Shown here in pieces: positions 27,967-41,489 of a stretch of DNA of 64,000 nt (its first letter is position 1; each line of letters begins with the position of its first letter). The DNA comes from Vicugna vicugna (taxonomy: Eukaryota): the NCBI GenBank assembly GCA_013265495.1, contig MU058844.1, positions 6,943,260 to 7,007,259 of the forward strand, written 5' to 3'. Both the position numbers and the translations under genes were made by a program. Under the pieces are notes generated by a model. That model saw only the letters and a list, made by a program, of their open reading frames with translations. It was not told the DNA's origin and did not search any database.

Positions 27967-28562
27967 AAAAACTATAGAACTTTATAATACAGTTGTTTTT
28001 TAGTTCTATGAGGTTTTATATACATTCATAGGTACATATGTGTTCACCATTATTATATGTCTTATAAAACTGGGTTCTAGATCAAGTTCTGGTAATAACT
28101 TATTATTATTCCAAACAAATTTGCTCTTTGGTACGTCAACTATTAGTTTTAAAGCTTGTAAATAACCACTAAAAGAAAGGGCATATAATTTGAAACTTCC
28201 AAATCTGTGGAGAAAAATTAAAAAGAGAAAACCTTACATTCAGTCTGAGACAAAAGAAGATACTAGTATATAAATTTGTCAGTAATCATAATAAATCCAA
28301 ACTTATCAATTTGCAAAGAAGGCAGAGTCTAAAATTGGATGCAAAACATATCCAGCTAGCACTTAATCTAAAAGTCACAAATGAAACATAATTACATTAA
28401 AATGTTAAAAAAGGTTTTACCAGGTACTTAGTAATTGAAAGAAACCTGGTAAAGTGATAAGAATATTACATATTTTAAGCAAACAGGAAATAATAGGGCT
28501 AAAGCTAATAAAAGTCCCTACAAAAATGATAAAAGAAATATTCTGAGCTTTTCTGAACATTA

Positions 28563-28911
28563 TAGTGTTCACTAAGTTTTTGTGTCCTTCAAAATTCATA
28601 TGTCGAAAATCTAATCCTAATGTGATGACATTGGAGGTTGGGCCTTTGGGAGGTAATTAGGTCATGAGAATGGAGCCCTCACGAATTGAATAAGTGGACT
28701 TATAAGAGGCCTATGAGCTAGCTAGGTCTGTTTCTACCATGTGGATATACAAACAGAAGACACCCCTTCCTGTTAACCAGGAAGAGGGCACTCACCAAGA
28801 ACACAACCATGCTGACTCCCTGATCTTGGATTTCTAGCCTCCAGAACTGCAGAAATAAATGCTAAGCCACCCAGTCTAAGGTCATTTGTTTTAGCAGTAT
28901 GAGCTAAGACA
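28563..28911 (+). mobile_element. MaLR solo LTR, MLT1A-like
   Basis: TGTGTCCTTCAAAATTCATATGTCGAA...GGGCCTTTGGGAGGTAATTAGGTCATGAG...CTAGCCTCCAGAACTG...CTAAGACA. Confidence 0.9.
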
Positions 28912-29517
28912 AAGAATATACTCATTACAATAGGAAGAAAACTGTAAAGTACCTGTGAACAAACCTTTCAAAAGATGCACAGGACTTAAGGAAGAAACTT
29001 ATTAAACTTTATTGGATAACAGGCACCAAAGTACAAATATATATAAAATGAAAGAAGTTTTCCACATGTATAAAGTTATATACTTGGCTTATGGAAAGAA
29101 AGATTAAATACAGCAAAGATGTTCTTTTTTCCAGTATAATTTATAGTTTAAATGAAATACCAATTTTGTACTATGATAGGTAACATGTTAAGCTAAGCCA
29201 AAAATTCATATAGAGAATTAAAGGGCCTAGAATAGAATATTTGAAGTTGTAGGAGGAGACAGGATATTAGAACCATTATAAAATTGTATGGACTATAAAA
29301 ATACTATTAAAAGTACACAAAGTAAAACAATGAGGTATTTTTACAGAATTCTGCTATAGTGAGAAGAATGTGTGTGTGTGGGTATTTGTGGGGGTGTGTG
29401 TGTATGATTCGTACTATTTAAGTAACACTGCTGGAAAAAAAACCCATTCATATCAAAAGAGTGATAAACTTAGATTTATACACCATGACTCAAAATATAT
29501 CTTGGTGTATTAAATAT
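28912..29517 (+). mobile_element. Very old L1 ORF2 fragment (L1ME-type)
   Basis: GGAAAGAAAGATTAAATACAGCAAAGATG...AAAATTCATATAGAGAATTAAAGGGCCTAGAATAG. Confidence 0.55.
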
Positions 29518-29976
29518 TGTATTAGTTTTCTAGGCTGCTGTAACCAAGTGCCACAAACTGGGTGGCTTAGAACAGAAATTTATTTTCTCAAAGCTCTGAA
29601 GTCCAGATCCAAAATCAAGATGTTACAGGACCATACTCCTTCTGACACTCTGGCTAGCATTCTTCCTTGTCTCCTTCCTAACTTCTGGTGGTTACTATCA
29701 ATCATTGGCATTCCTTGGATGGCAACTGCATCACTCCAACTCTGCCTCTTTCATCACATGCCGTTCTCTTCTGTCTCTGTCTCTGCATCCAAATTTCCCT
29801 CTTATAAGGACATTAAGCATACTGGATTAAGAGCCTACTCATACTCCAGTATGGCTTCATTTTAACTTAACTAATTACATTTATAATGAGCCTGTTTCTC
29901 AATAAGGTCACATTCTGAGGCACTGGGGTTAGGGCTTCAACATACCTTTTTGGGACAATCAAGTCAAACTGTAACA
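29518..29976 (-). mobile_element. MaLR 3' LTR, MLT1C-like
   Basis: TGTATTAGTTTTCTAGGCTGCTGTAACC...AATAAGGTCACATTCTGAGG...TGTAACA. Confidence 0.9.
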
Positions 29977-31431
29977 ACAATCCACCTCTGCCCACTTCCC
30001 CCTGACAAAAATGCATATCCTTCCCATGTGCAAAATACATCCACCCATCTTATCCCCTAAAATCTTCAGCATTCCAGCATCAACTCTAAGTCTAAAGTCT
30101 GATCTAAATGTCACCAATTTAAAGCCTCAAATCTCATCATCTAAATCGTTTAAATCAATTATAGATGATACTCAGGATATGATTCATCCTGGGGCAAAAT
30201 TCCTCTCTATTTGTGAACTTCTGACTAGGTGGGTCTTCAATTTCCAAAATACAATGGGGGGAGACCATAGAATAGATATCCACATTTCAAAAATAAGGAA
30301 CTGGAAGGAAAAAAGAGGTTACAGATATGAATAAGTCCAAAATCCAGCAGGGCAAATTCCATTAGATTTCAGGGCCTGAGAAAAATTCTCTGTGGCTCCA
30401 CATTCTGTCCCCTGGGTCCCCTGGGGCAACCCTGCCCCTTCAACCCTGGGCAGGAGACTGTACCAGTGACTTTTTCCTCCCCCGCAGCCTGTGCTTTCTG
30501 TCCCATGTTGGCAGTAGTAGCCAGGCCTGCCTCTGCATTCCAGCACTTCCCTCTGTTCCCTCTGAATTATTCTTCCTTCCTTTCTTCCCATTTCTCTCCA
30601 TTTCAGTCCCTACTGGCATTGTTTCTGTTGGTAAAAAAAAAAAAAATTTCAAAACCTTCCTGGTCTTTCATGCAATTCTAAGGGATCCAAGCCTTCAAAC
30701 AAAACAGTTCTCCTCAAGTCTTTCTTGGATAATCTTATCTCTGTTCCTGGCTTCTGCTGAGATGATTGATTGGATTCATGAATCACCCACCAAACAGCTT
30801 TAGTAAATGATTGCCCACCCAACCCATGGTTTATTTTTAGGAATAGGCTGAGAATTCTCTAAATCATCAAGTGCTGGTTCCTTTTTGCTTAGAAGTTCAC
30901 TCCTCAATTTCTCTCTTACCTCTTGAATGTTAGCAAAAATAGCAAATAGAGTTGGATGCATCTTCTATACTTTCCTTGGATATTTCCTCAGCTAAATATT
31001 TAAGTTAATCACTTAAAAATTCTACTTTCCACAAAAAAGTACATATATAATTCAACCAAGTTCTGCCACTTTATGTTAAAGGATTACCTTTCTTCCAGTT
31101 TCCAGTAACATGCTTCTAATTTCCATCTGAGGCCTTACCATAAGCATCTTTAATACTCACATTGCTGGTACCATTCTGTTCATGATGATATATAGGTTCT
31201 ATAAGACAATACAAGCTTTCTACACAGCTCTCCTCACTTTTTTTCTGAGCCCTTACCTGAACTGCATCCAATGTTCTTATTTCTGCCAGTAACGTCTTTG
31301 AGGCCATCTATGCTTTTTCTATTATGTACGTCAAATTTTCTTCCATGCTCTTTCCATTATCCAATTCCAAAGACACCTCCATAGTTTCAGGTGTTAATAA
31401 CAGCAGCTGTCCACTTCCTAGTACTAAAATT
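29977..31431 (-). mobile_element. MaLR internal region (MLT1-int)
   Basis: Directly abuts the LTR. CATATCCTTCCCATGTGCAAAATACA and the terminal CCACTTCCTAGTACTAAAATT are typical of MaLR internals. Confidence 0.8.
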
Positions 31432-31455
31432 TGTATTAGCTTTCTAGGGTTACTT
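31432..31455 (-). mobile_element. Remnant of the MaLR 5' LTR
   Basis: TGTATTAGCTTTCTAGGGTTACT repeats the start of 29518, then similarity stops. Confidence 0.7.
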
Positions 31456-32169
31456 TGTTTTAAAACAAACAGTAGTAGCAATACAATAATTTTATAGAGT
31501 TATTTTGTGCATTCATAGATATATTTGTATTTTCCTTGTTTTGGACCTTAGTTTTACTCCCCAGTTTCTGAAGAATTTGGTTTACTACATGTACTCGTGA
31601 ATAAACTTGGTTACCCTTGACATTTCTCGTTTCTTACTTTTTTATTCAAGTGTGGAAATTGTGAGGAACTTATATTGCTTGACCTTAAGATTATATAACT
31701 CCTAGGTTGCATTTTCTTGAGTATTCATTCTTCTTTATAAAGATGGTGTGTGTTTATCTTCTGTCATAGAACTCATAAACATTAAAAGTCAAAATATAAA
31801 GCATAGAATGTCAAGAATATGAAAATAAATGGTCTGTGATTTCTCAGAATAAAGAACAGATATTCACATATATTTTAGCACATACATAAAGTAAGCTTAA
31901 ATATCACAGCATGATGTTATACAATACAATGATTATATATTATTTCTTTAGGTTGATTAATGAAATTGGGTGGGAAAAAAAGGTTATATTTGAAGACCAA
32001 GAATGTCCATATCAATATTTTTTTCGTTGGATATTTCTCTATTTTGAATTTGCATTTCAAGAACAGCATATATTTTTAAAACATTAAGTAAAAAAATTAA
32101 AGAAATGCTTAAAATGGCCACTTTACAATAATAATTCAAATTTATGAATATTAACACAAAATTTGAGCT

Positions 32170-32620
32170 CTAAACATGCACAGGCACTATTCTAGCTTTT
32201 ATCTTCTTCAATTTTCACAACAGTCATGTTGAGTAAGTGCTGCTGTTATTTGTTATTTGCATAGAAAGTTTGAGTAACCTGCCCAGGATTCAGCTGAATT
32301 AATAGACACTGACCACCGTGTCTAGTCTCTCAAGAAATCACATTCTACCATCCAAAAATAGCAGTTTTTTTGTTTTTCTCTATTTTCTTCCACTAATAAA
32401 AGTTAATAGTTATATCAAGCAGTTGCCAAGTGCTAGTTATGTTCTAAACATGTGAATTATCACGTTTAAATCTCTACCCAGGCAGGAGACACTATAGTTA
32501 CTCCCAATTTATAAAAGAGAAATTTGAAGCTTAAAGAACTAGGGAAAAAAAAAAACTGCAAGAGTCAAAAAATGTTGCAAAGCCTGTATTCAAATCTCTA
32601 CAATCTGGTAACTGAGTCCA
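32170..32620 (-). mobile_element. Two MIR fragments (about 32170-32290 and 32420-32620)
   Basis: CAGGCACTATTCTAG...GAGTAACCTGCCCAGG; CTCCCAATTTATAAAAGAGAAATTTGAAGCTTAAAGA. Confidence 0.55.
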
Positions 32621-33109
32621 TATTTAAACAATCTCTTCTGCTTCCCAATAGTTATTTATATGATGACACTGTATATGGGGTAATCATGGTATTACATACT
32701 ACATAGCACCCAGTATTTTATGATTCTATTTTTATATTTAGTCTAGTATTATAAGATTTTCCTTATGGATACATATAGAATGCAGTCATTTTATGATTCA
32801 GTTATGATCTATGCTGTTTGATGTGCCACGATTTTCTTAATTTAGTTTTAAGTACACTGATGTAGATAATTGGATAGATGATACAAAGAATATCCTTCTG
32901 CATTTTTAGTTTTAAAATAGATTTCTTCATCTTATTTAACTTTCCCAAAATATTTGAGAATATTGAGCCATTGCTTTCTAGTGTTAGAGACTTCTGTGGC
33001 TCATTCTCTGCTTTGCTAATTGATTTCATCCTTTTTATTGGCTCCTGCTTCCACCTGTAACATGTGATTGCCAAGTCTCTTTCAAAAGCTCTGGTCATTC
33101 TCCTAAATG

Positions 33110-33530
33110 TCATCAGCAGATATTTCTAAGTGCTACCTAGACATCTTCACCTCATTTCTTCATAGGCACCATGTGTCAAGATTTCCAAACTAATTTTTTC
33201 TTCCTATGCACATGGGTTTTTTCTTAGGACCATCATCTGAGATACAACATTTTTCATTCTTCCAGAAAGTGAACATATTATTTAATTCATTTCTGAGTTC
33301 TTCCTTATCTCCCATGTAATTGCTTAAAATAAATTGGGCATTTTTCTCTTGCATACTTCTAGAATCTTATGCCTTCGCTCCAAGCTAATTGCTTTTGTTT
33401 TAGTTCATATTCTTACTCTTCCTATTCACTGCAATAGCTTCCTAACAAGACTCTCTGTTCCCCATCTGCCTTCCTTCCAAATATTGCCAATCAGCTTCCT
33501 AAAAGTCTTATCATGTGATGTCATAACTTA
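33110..33530 (+). mobile_element. L2 fragment
   Basis: CTACCTAGACATCTTCACC...ATAGGCACC; CACTGCAATAGCTTCCTAAC. Confidence 0.6.
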
Positions 33531-34537
33531 AATTAATATGTCAAAAAGGTCCCATTTTTATAGATAATTCTATAATTTATGATATGAGAGAAGTCACTCT
33601 TTTCACTGGAAAAAAATATACAACTTATAAATAGTACTTTTGGGCATGAAAGGCAAGCCCAGACAGAAGAGGCCTAGACAACAACAAACAAAATATTCCA
33701 CTGATATTATAGTAATTTTGTCTATGAATTTTAATTGTCTCCTTAGAGACTAGGTGAACAGGGCTTGAGGACCCTGGAACTGGAGAACAAGAGAATAATC
33801 AAGAGAGGATGGAATTGAATTGCCAGAGAAAGGGACCCGAGAAAAGAAAAAAAAATTTAGAAAGAAAAAAATAGCAAGAATGGTAGATATCACCTTATCT
33901 ATGACTCCTTTTTACAATTTCTCTGCCATAGATTCTTAGTACTTCTTAATTTATAGGGCAATTATTGAATGACATGGAATTTTCTAGGTATTTGTAATAG
34001 CCTAGTCAACAAAATTGGCAAAAGAAAAAAATCCTAAGGGACCTTACATTCTAACAGACAACATAAACAAAGGAAATATGACTCAACTTCTAGGTCATAT
34101 TTCCAAACATCTCTACTTATTTATAAATAATTAAGACCAATAGTAAAGCCAATAAAAAGTTCAAAAATGATTGGCACTTCAAAGAAATTCATATATTCTT
34201 TTGATTTTTCAGAACATGGTACTGGTCCATGAACAACTGAGCAAAGTCATTAGCCGTCATCAACATATACCTATGAATTCTCTCACAGACAAACTACACA
34301 TACACACACACACAACATACATATACACACAGACACACACACTGACACCTGAAAGGGAAATGGCTACACACATGTATTTTTCTCTTTGGTGGCTATCTGA
34401 ATCCCAAAATGTCTGGGTGATAATAGAAGTTGAGGGAAAATAGCTTTGCGGAGGAAGAATAAGATAGAGTTTGAAGTGACAGACTAATTTCCGTTCCTGT
34501 GTGTCACTGGACAAGTTACTTAGCTATTCTAATTCAA

Positions 34538-35255
34538 CAGTACTCAAACTTCTGGGTCTCAAGATTTTTTTATACTAGTTAAATTATTGAGAGCCCTAAA
34601 GAATTTTTGTTTATGTGTGGTATATAGTTTTTATGTTAAAGAGAAAACATGGACATTTTAAAAATATTTATATGTTAAATCCTATTAAAATGACAACAGT
34701 AAAACTATTACATTTTAATAATTATCTTTTCCAAACCCACACAAATTTAGTGAGAATAAGTGGTATTGCTCTTTATTTTTATAAAGTCTCTTTAATGTTT
34801 TGTTTATTACATTGTCATATCTGTTTTGGTATTTATTATGTTGGAAAATGTCATTTTGCTTGGAATATATAAAATAAATCCAGCTTCATATTCAGTCTTC
34901 AGACAACTGTAGATATTTTTCTTTGATACTAAAACTTCACTCAGTATATACAGTTTCTGAATGATTAGTTGCAACACGGAAACTGAAACCATACCAAGAC
35001 CATTTCTTACTCTGTTATATTAAAATTGATTGGTCTATGTTACACTTTTAATAAATTCTTTACCTATGCATGATTTTGGAAATTATTGTTTTATTGAACC
35101 ATGTACATCTTCCAATCATTGTCACATTTAATAATGTACATTCAAAAAATCATATTAATATCTTTATTGATATCATCAGAACAGTAAGTATTGAGAAGAT
35201 GTCAAAGTTACAGTGGTAGATACAAGTTTTATGAATGTTTAATTTTCTTCCCCAA
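34538..35255. mobile_element. hAT-Charlie DNA transposon fragment (Charlie1-like)
   Basis: The terminus CAGTACTCAAACTTCTGGGTCTCAAG...AATTATTGAGAGCCCTAAAGAATTTTTGTTTATGTG matches the remembered Charlie1 end. No second TIR seen. Confidence 0.75.
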
Positions 35256-36799
35256 ACAGTATTCTCAGTTTTGAATCTTATACTTTCTGTTTTGATTTTC
35301 AGATCATTATGTACTCCAGGGGATTCCCTGTGCTTTCTTTCCAAAAAAACTTTGTATTTAGTTATTTTTGATTTTAAAGGCATTTTACTTAACTTACTGG
35401 TAGATTCTGATGTTTCAGAAACTAGAAATCTCTCAATCAGTTACAAGTTTTCAAAAAAGGAAAAAAAGAATCCACACCCCTCATAGACTGCAGTTTGCCT
35501 TCATCCTTCTCCTTGTGGATTTACGTCTTATTTTATTCTTTTATTCATCATTCTAGGAGGTTTTTGAGAAGCATATTTCTCTAAGTAGTGTTGGCTTATA
35601 TCAATGAAATATCAGCCTCCATTTGTCCTGTAGTCTATGCATCATCTTCTAGTTCAGTCCCGGGAAGAGCTTTAACATGAGAATTAAGCTTTTATTACAA
35701 TTACACAAGTATTTTAAACTGTGTATTTAAAAATATGATTTAAATGGGATCCTACAGAATGTGAGTGAAATGGTAGAAATAAGTGAAATAAAGAAGCATC
35801 CTATAGTACTTCACTTTGTCTTAAATAAAAGTAATGATGTTACATATTATTTCAATAACATATGGTAATGACATGTATGTCTTTCAAGCATTGTCACATT
35901 TCATTATGCTTTTTCTGTGTTTTACTATTTTCTCTCTTTTTTAACACTGTTATGTTTACCCTCAACTGCATATCTGCCTATAATAGGAAGAAGAATAGTT
36001 GAATCTTTTCTTTTTGTCCTCTCTTGGACAAGGCTGAAAATCTACAGGATAATTTGTCACTTTTGAAATCAACAATTAAAAAAATAAGAGGTTGGAAAAG
36101 GCTAAAGAAATGGTTGTGATTTTTTTACAGAGAATAAAAATCTAAAAAGCTTATATGTAAACAAGTAATTATTTGTCAAATTTCTGCTGCTAAAATGCTT
36201 CTAAGAGTAAAGATAAAATATAGATTGCATGGTGAGTCAAGGGCTGTTTTCCATTTATATTTCAGGTAAAACCAAGGAAAAATGCAGGGCAGATGAGATG
36301 TTGAGAATATTGACAGTGAACAGATGTTCAAATCTGTTGAGGAAGTCATTGCTTTCGATCTTCAGTTCTTTATGATCTGGAGCTCAGGAAATGCCTCTAG
36401 ATTTCCGTAACTATACTAAAGGAAATTTTTAATACAGATGCTTATTTTATAAAACAGTTCACCATGTAATTTTTTTATTTATTAGTTGCCCAATAGTTCA
36501 GAGGGAAAGTTTCATTCAACAGTGTAGCACAAAGAAAAGCTGGATTTGGAAATTTTTACTTTTAGTTACTACCCCATCATTGTACCTGTTCAGTTTAATC
36601 CAAGAACAGTGAAAATGAAGGCAACTGATTTTTGTCTGCAGTGACTTATGAGATCTGATGTCTTCGGAGATATGGTACTGATTAAGAAAGGTTTTGAACC
36701 ATTTGGAATGCATTACTAAGCGATGTTATGAAATATCTTAGCTTTAGGAACATGGTGGAAAACTATTTTCCTTTATATATCAGACAATGGAATGAACAA

Positions 36800-36945
36800 A
36801 ATCAAAGGTCCTAACCCCTTTGAAACTGTATACAGACGTTTGTGGGTGGGGGCCTTAGTTTATTACTCTGAGGACAGGGTATACACAGCTTTCATCAGAG
36901 TCTCAAAGGGTAAGAAACCCTCACAAAAAGACAAGAGACACTCAA
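36800..36945 (-). mobile_element. hAT-Charlie MITE (Charlie4z-like)
   Basis: AGGGTATACACAGCTTTCATCAGAGTCTCAAAGGG. Confidence 0.55.
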
Positions 36946-38539
36946 ACACAAAGTCTTTCCAAGCCTATAATTGTATAACTATGCTTATATGTTCAGGTTA
37001 ACAACAACAACAACAAAAAAGTAAACTAGTAAATAGGAAAGAACAGCTTGACTACATGGGACTTTTCAAAAAGTAAATATTTAGAAATAAAGACATGTTC
37101 CCTTAGAGCGCTTGACACTGCGACAGATTTTTATAATTTAGAGAGGAATGTTATTTAACTTCATTTACTGCAAAAGAAACATATAGAAGCGTATATTTGC
37201 CATTCACAATTCCTTTATTATGTTTTTAAAATCCTTACAAGAGCTGTTAATTTCCTTGGTGACTGATGGTGGTCTAACATTAAGATACTTTTGACAGAAA
37301 GGACACAAACAGAACTAAAGATAGGGCTTGCTTTTCTCTTGTGTTTGTTTGAGAAACAGTGCTATAGGGCAGAAAGCATTTTCTGTTTAACACAATGAAG
37401 AGAAAGGCCACTTAAAGAACTTACACTATTAAAGGTGATTTATTTCACATTATTCACATTGACCCAAAGAGCAATTTTTATGAACTATCGGGAAATAAAA
37501 TACTACACCCTGAAACCCAAGTAGTTGAAATCCACACTTAAAGACTTTTGTATATGTCAATCATGTTTACAAGACTGGACGAAAACACTATTAATCTCTT
37601 AAATTTTTCCATGTTTACTAAGTGCATTTAATGTCTCTCATATAACTCTATTAGATTTGCAGTAGAACTTTCCAAATACTAATGTAGTGTTCTTTGAAGG
37701 ATACAGCAGTACTCTTATCATCACATCTTCCAGTCTGGGATAAGGAAAGTGAACAGTAAAGGCAAGAAGGGCTGTAAAGTTTATTTTCCTCATCATTGAT
37801 TTGCCTCAATCTGAAATGTAAGCAAGTTCTTGGAATTCAATAAGCCAGTCTCCTTGTACTTCTTCAGATCTGATATACTGCATCTGTGGTATTGACTACT
37901 CTGAGTTTCCTTTAATTAACTTTATAGAAGTTGCAACATGCAGAAGGTTTCCATTTGAATTTACTAACTTGTTTAGAGTTGCTTTAATGTCTAAAGTAAG
38001 TATGCTAATGAGGTTTGATGAGATAAAGTCTCACACTCCAGTAAATCTAATGTGCCCTTAGATACTGTTCTACCAGTGTCACTTAAAAGAACCTGAGCTG
38101 TACTTTAAACAAAGAATCACAAATAACTTCAAAAAACCTCTTCCCTGAATAACTACTTGCTAAAAATAATAAATCACGCCAGTTGACCCAACAGAAATTC
38201 TTTTCAGATTAATTTTTCAAGTAGCATTACATACATCCCCAGGATACCTAAAATATCAAAACTAATTACTAATACCTGATAAAGATACCAAATTGTTTCA
38301 AGGATACACAAATGAGTGATATGGTCCTCAGCCTCAAGGAAATTATCTGCTAATAACTTAAAACACTGCTTGAAGAACATCATGTAGAGACCAATAAAAT
38401 CCGTAATTGAATTACAAAGTGATAGCAGGGTTCAAGAGATAGAAGATACTATATCAACAAATAGTTATGAAATTTTACTTTGATGATGTTGGAGAATGAC
38501 TTAACTCATGTGGCATCGATCCATAATTTTTGACCATAC

Positions 38540-39075
38540 TAAACACATCTTGGAAGATGTGGTACTTTCCTGGCTGTCTGAATTCATTTCATGCTACTGT
38601 TTTTCCATATTATGTTCCAGTAGTATGTATCTTCTTTCTACCACTGACCTAGGCCAATTTAACTCCCACGCCGGGGCCTTTGCAACTGCTGTAACCCTTT
38701 GCATAGAGTGTGTTCCACTCCCACCCCCACCACCAGTTTCAACTTGGCTGGCTTCTTTCCAAAATGAATTCCCTGATTCAAATATTATCTCTTTAACCAA
38801 GAGGAGCTGACCACCCTGTCTCTTGGTCTGTCCTGTGTATGGGTTTCTTTCAGTCATATTACCGTCCTGTATTATTACCCATTACCTTCTTTTATTTCCT
38901 CATATCACTTTTTAATAACCAAAATGATAGTGTACTGTATTATATTTATTTATCCATTTGTTTGTTTACTGTATCTTCCCCAACTGGAATATAAGCTCTA
39001 TAATGACATGCTCATGTCTGTCTTCTCAGCTCAATGCTTAAACAGTGCTTGGCATTCAGCAGACATTCAACAGGA
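38540..39075 (+). mobile_element. L2 3' portion
   Basis: GGGCCTTTGCAACTGCTG...CAACTGGAATATAAGCTC...AACAGTGCTTGGCATTCAGCAGACATTCAA. Confidence 0.75.
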
Positions 39076-41039
39076 TTAAGGAATTTTTCTTAGATGTGGT
39101 TAAGGAGTTCACTTAACAGAAGAACATTTTATTTGACACATTTTATATTTTAAAACTAAACACAGAGATTAGTATTTCTCTTATTTAAATATTTCTTAAA
39201 ATTTTCATGTTTTTTTCAATAAAGAATTGGAGCCCTATTTTCCTCTCTATTTAAACCTCCAGTGAGAATCTCACAAATGGAACTTACTAATTCATATCAG
39301 TCTTAAAAGACATTAAAAGGATTTGAAAGGTTGGAGAATCAAGAAGAAGTAGAGAAAGAAAACATCATATAGTGGGCATAGCTCATGGAAAGGGAAAGCA
39401 ATAAGGAAAGTGAGGAGTAGCAAGTAATTGAATTAGTGTCACAAGGTTTATATAGTAGAATAATGGGAGAGAAGATAAGGTGGGTTAAATTCTCTTAGGT
39501 TAGTATATTAAAATTTTACAGAAATGACATTTGAATTCAGGCATTAAAAATTGATAGAATTTAGGAAAAGTGTATTTCAGGTATAAGAATCTTGTAAGCC
39601 TAGAATAGAAGCAGAAAAAACATGTGCATGCTATATTAACTCAATTTGAGGTAAAACATTGAAGGCATCCACCTTTCACGCTCAGCATAATAGCTGTACT
39701 CATTTTTACCCGCCTCAATTGAAGCCCTAAATCCCTTGACTACATTAATTTCTCTCTTCATCTCCCTTAGTACTTATTTTTGTATTTTTCTATAAGATTC
39801 CTGTTTCACAGCACAATTTTTTTGTTCATTTGGAAAATATATATACATATTTTTGTTTGTTTGTTTGTTTAGAAGCATAGCATCTGTGTAGACACAGACT
39901 TCTTTTTATGGTGCCTAGGACTGATCCTTATAACCTTTAGTTAGACAAAGACTTCCTCATCCTCTCCCCAACATAATTTCCACCATGCTATGCCCTGATC
40001 TCACCACATTCCTTTGTCCATGATTATAGAATGGTGTTCAGGAAATTTATGCAGCAGAATGAAGTTTCTGAAAAAGCATTTTTTATTTGTTTGATTTTTT
40101 AAAAAGTTTATGCTGCAATTCCTAGTATAAATTTTCTCTCCTTCCACATGCTAATTACATTAAACCTGATGTTTTCATGAACATATTTCTGCGCAAGAGG
40201 TTTCATCTCCCATAGAATTTTTTTTCCACTTCCACTGGAAAACCATTCTAAGATTCCCACCAGGGAAACTTGGCCCTCAGTGAGACTTAATATTTGCTGG
40301 TTTATTTTCCTAGAGATACCTTAGTGACCTTGACTCAAATATCTATTATTAATTGGTCTTCACTCTAGTATTTCATAGTTGATAGCCAGTATATGTTAGA
40401 ATGGTACTGGCATCTTAACATTCTTTATTTTTTACCTTGATCACATCAGAAATGATGTAGTCTAAAAATTCAACCAACAAAGTAAGATAATTTTAATGCC
40501 ATATAACATTGAGACAAGGTTGTAAGTCTAATAAGTAAATAAATAATCTCTAGTAGACACTTAACAGCTTATTAAAATTAATGGGCTTTGTGTTTTTATA
40601 AAAGCTCAGCACCTGTATGGAATATACAATGTAACAAATTGATTTTAAAATGATTAAGAAACAACTTACAAAATATGGTGCATACTTTGCACAGATTTAA
40701 AACTTAAATTATCCATTTGAACAAAACAAAAATGTAATTGCCCCTAATTGTTGGACTACTAAATTCATGTGCTTGAAAAACTAACCAAAACAACAGTTCT
40801 CTTTATTATCTTAAGCATCAAAAAGAATGTAGCAATAATGCAAAACTGAAAAATAAATTTTGGAAATATGCTTTTGGTATGATGGAGTGAAGAGGTATAT
40901 AAATCCTCCCCTGAAAAGCAACTGTAAAATTGGATAAAACATTCAAATCAACAATTTTGATGTCCTGGAAACCGACTGATGTGACTGAGTCAAGTGGTGA
41001 AATGTTTATTCATGAAAACTACTGACCTTCAGATAAGAA

Positions 41040-41488
41040 GAGTCTGGATATATGGTGACCCCCAAAAGATATGTCCACCTCCTAATTCCTGAAACTTGTG
41101 AATGTTACCTTATTTAGAAAAAGGGTCTTTGCAAATGGAATTAAATTAAATATTCTGAGAGAAGGAGAGCATCTTGTTTGGTCTAAGTGGTCCCTATATC
41201 CAATGATGAGTGTCTTTATCAAAGTCACAAATGAGTAGACAGACACAGAGGAGGAAGTGATGTAAGGATGGTGGTAGACTGGAGTGATATGGCTACAAGC
41301 TGAGGAAGCCGTCAACACCAGAAGCCAGAAGAGGCATGACGTAAGTAGACCCCCCTCTGACGTCTCTGTAGGGAGGATGGCCCTGCTGATTTTACACTTT
41401 TTGCCTCTAGAAATGTGTGAGAATAAATTTATGTTGTCTAGGCCACCAAGTTTGTAGCAATTTCTTACAGTATTAGGAAATTAATACA
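41040..41488 (+). mobile_element. MaLR solo LTR, MLT1C-like
   Basis: CCCCAAAAGATATGTCCAC...GAATGTTACCTTATTTAGAAAAAGGGTCTTTGCA...GAGAATAAATTT...GGAAATTAATACA. Confidence 0.9.
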
Positions 41489-41489
41489 G

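Noticed and set aside
29461..30681. Cluster of 70-134 aa ORFs
   Set aside because: They lie within the MaLR LTR and internal region and are chance frames.
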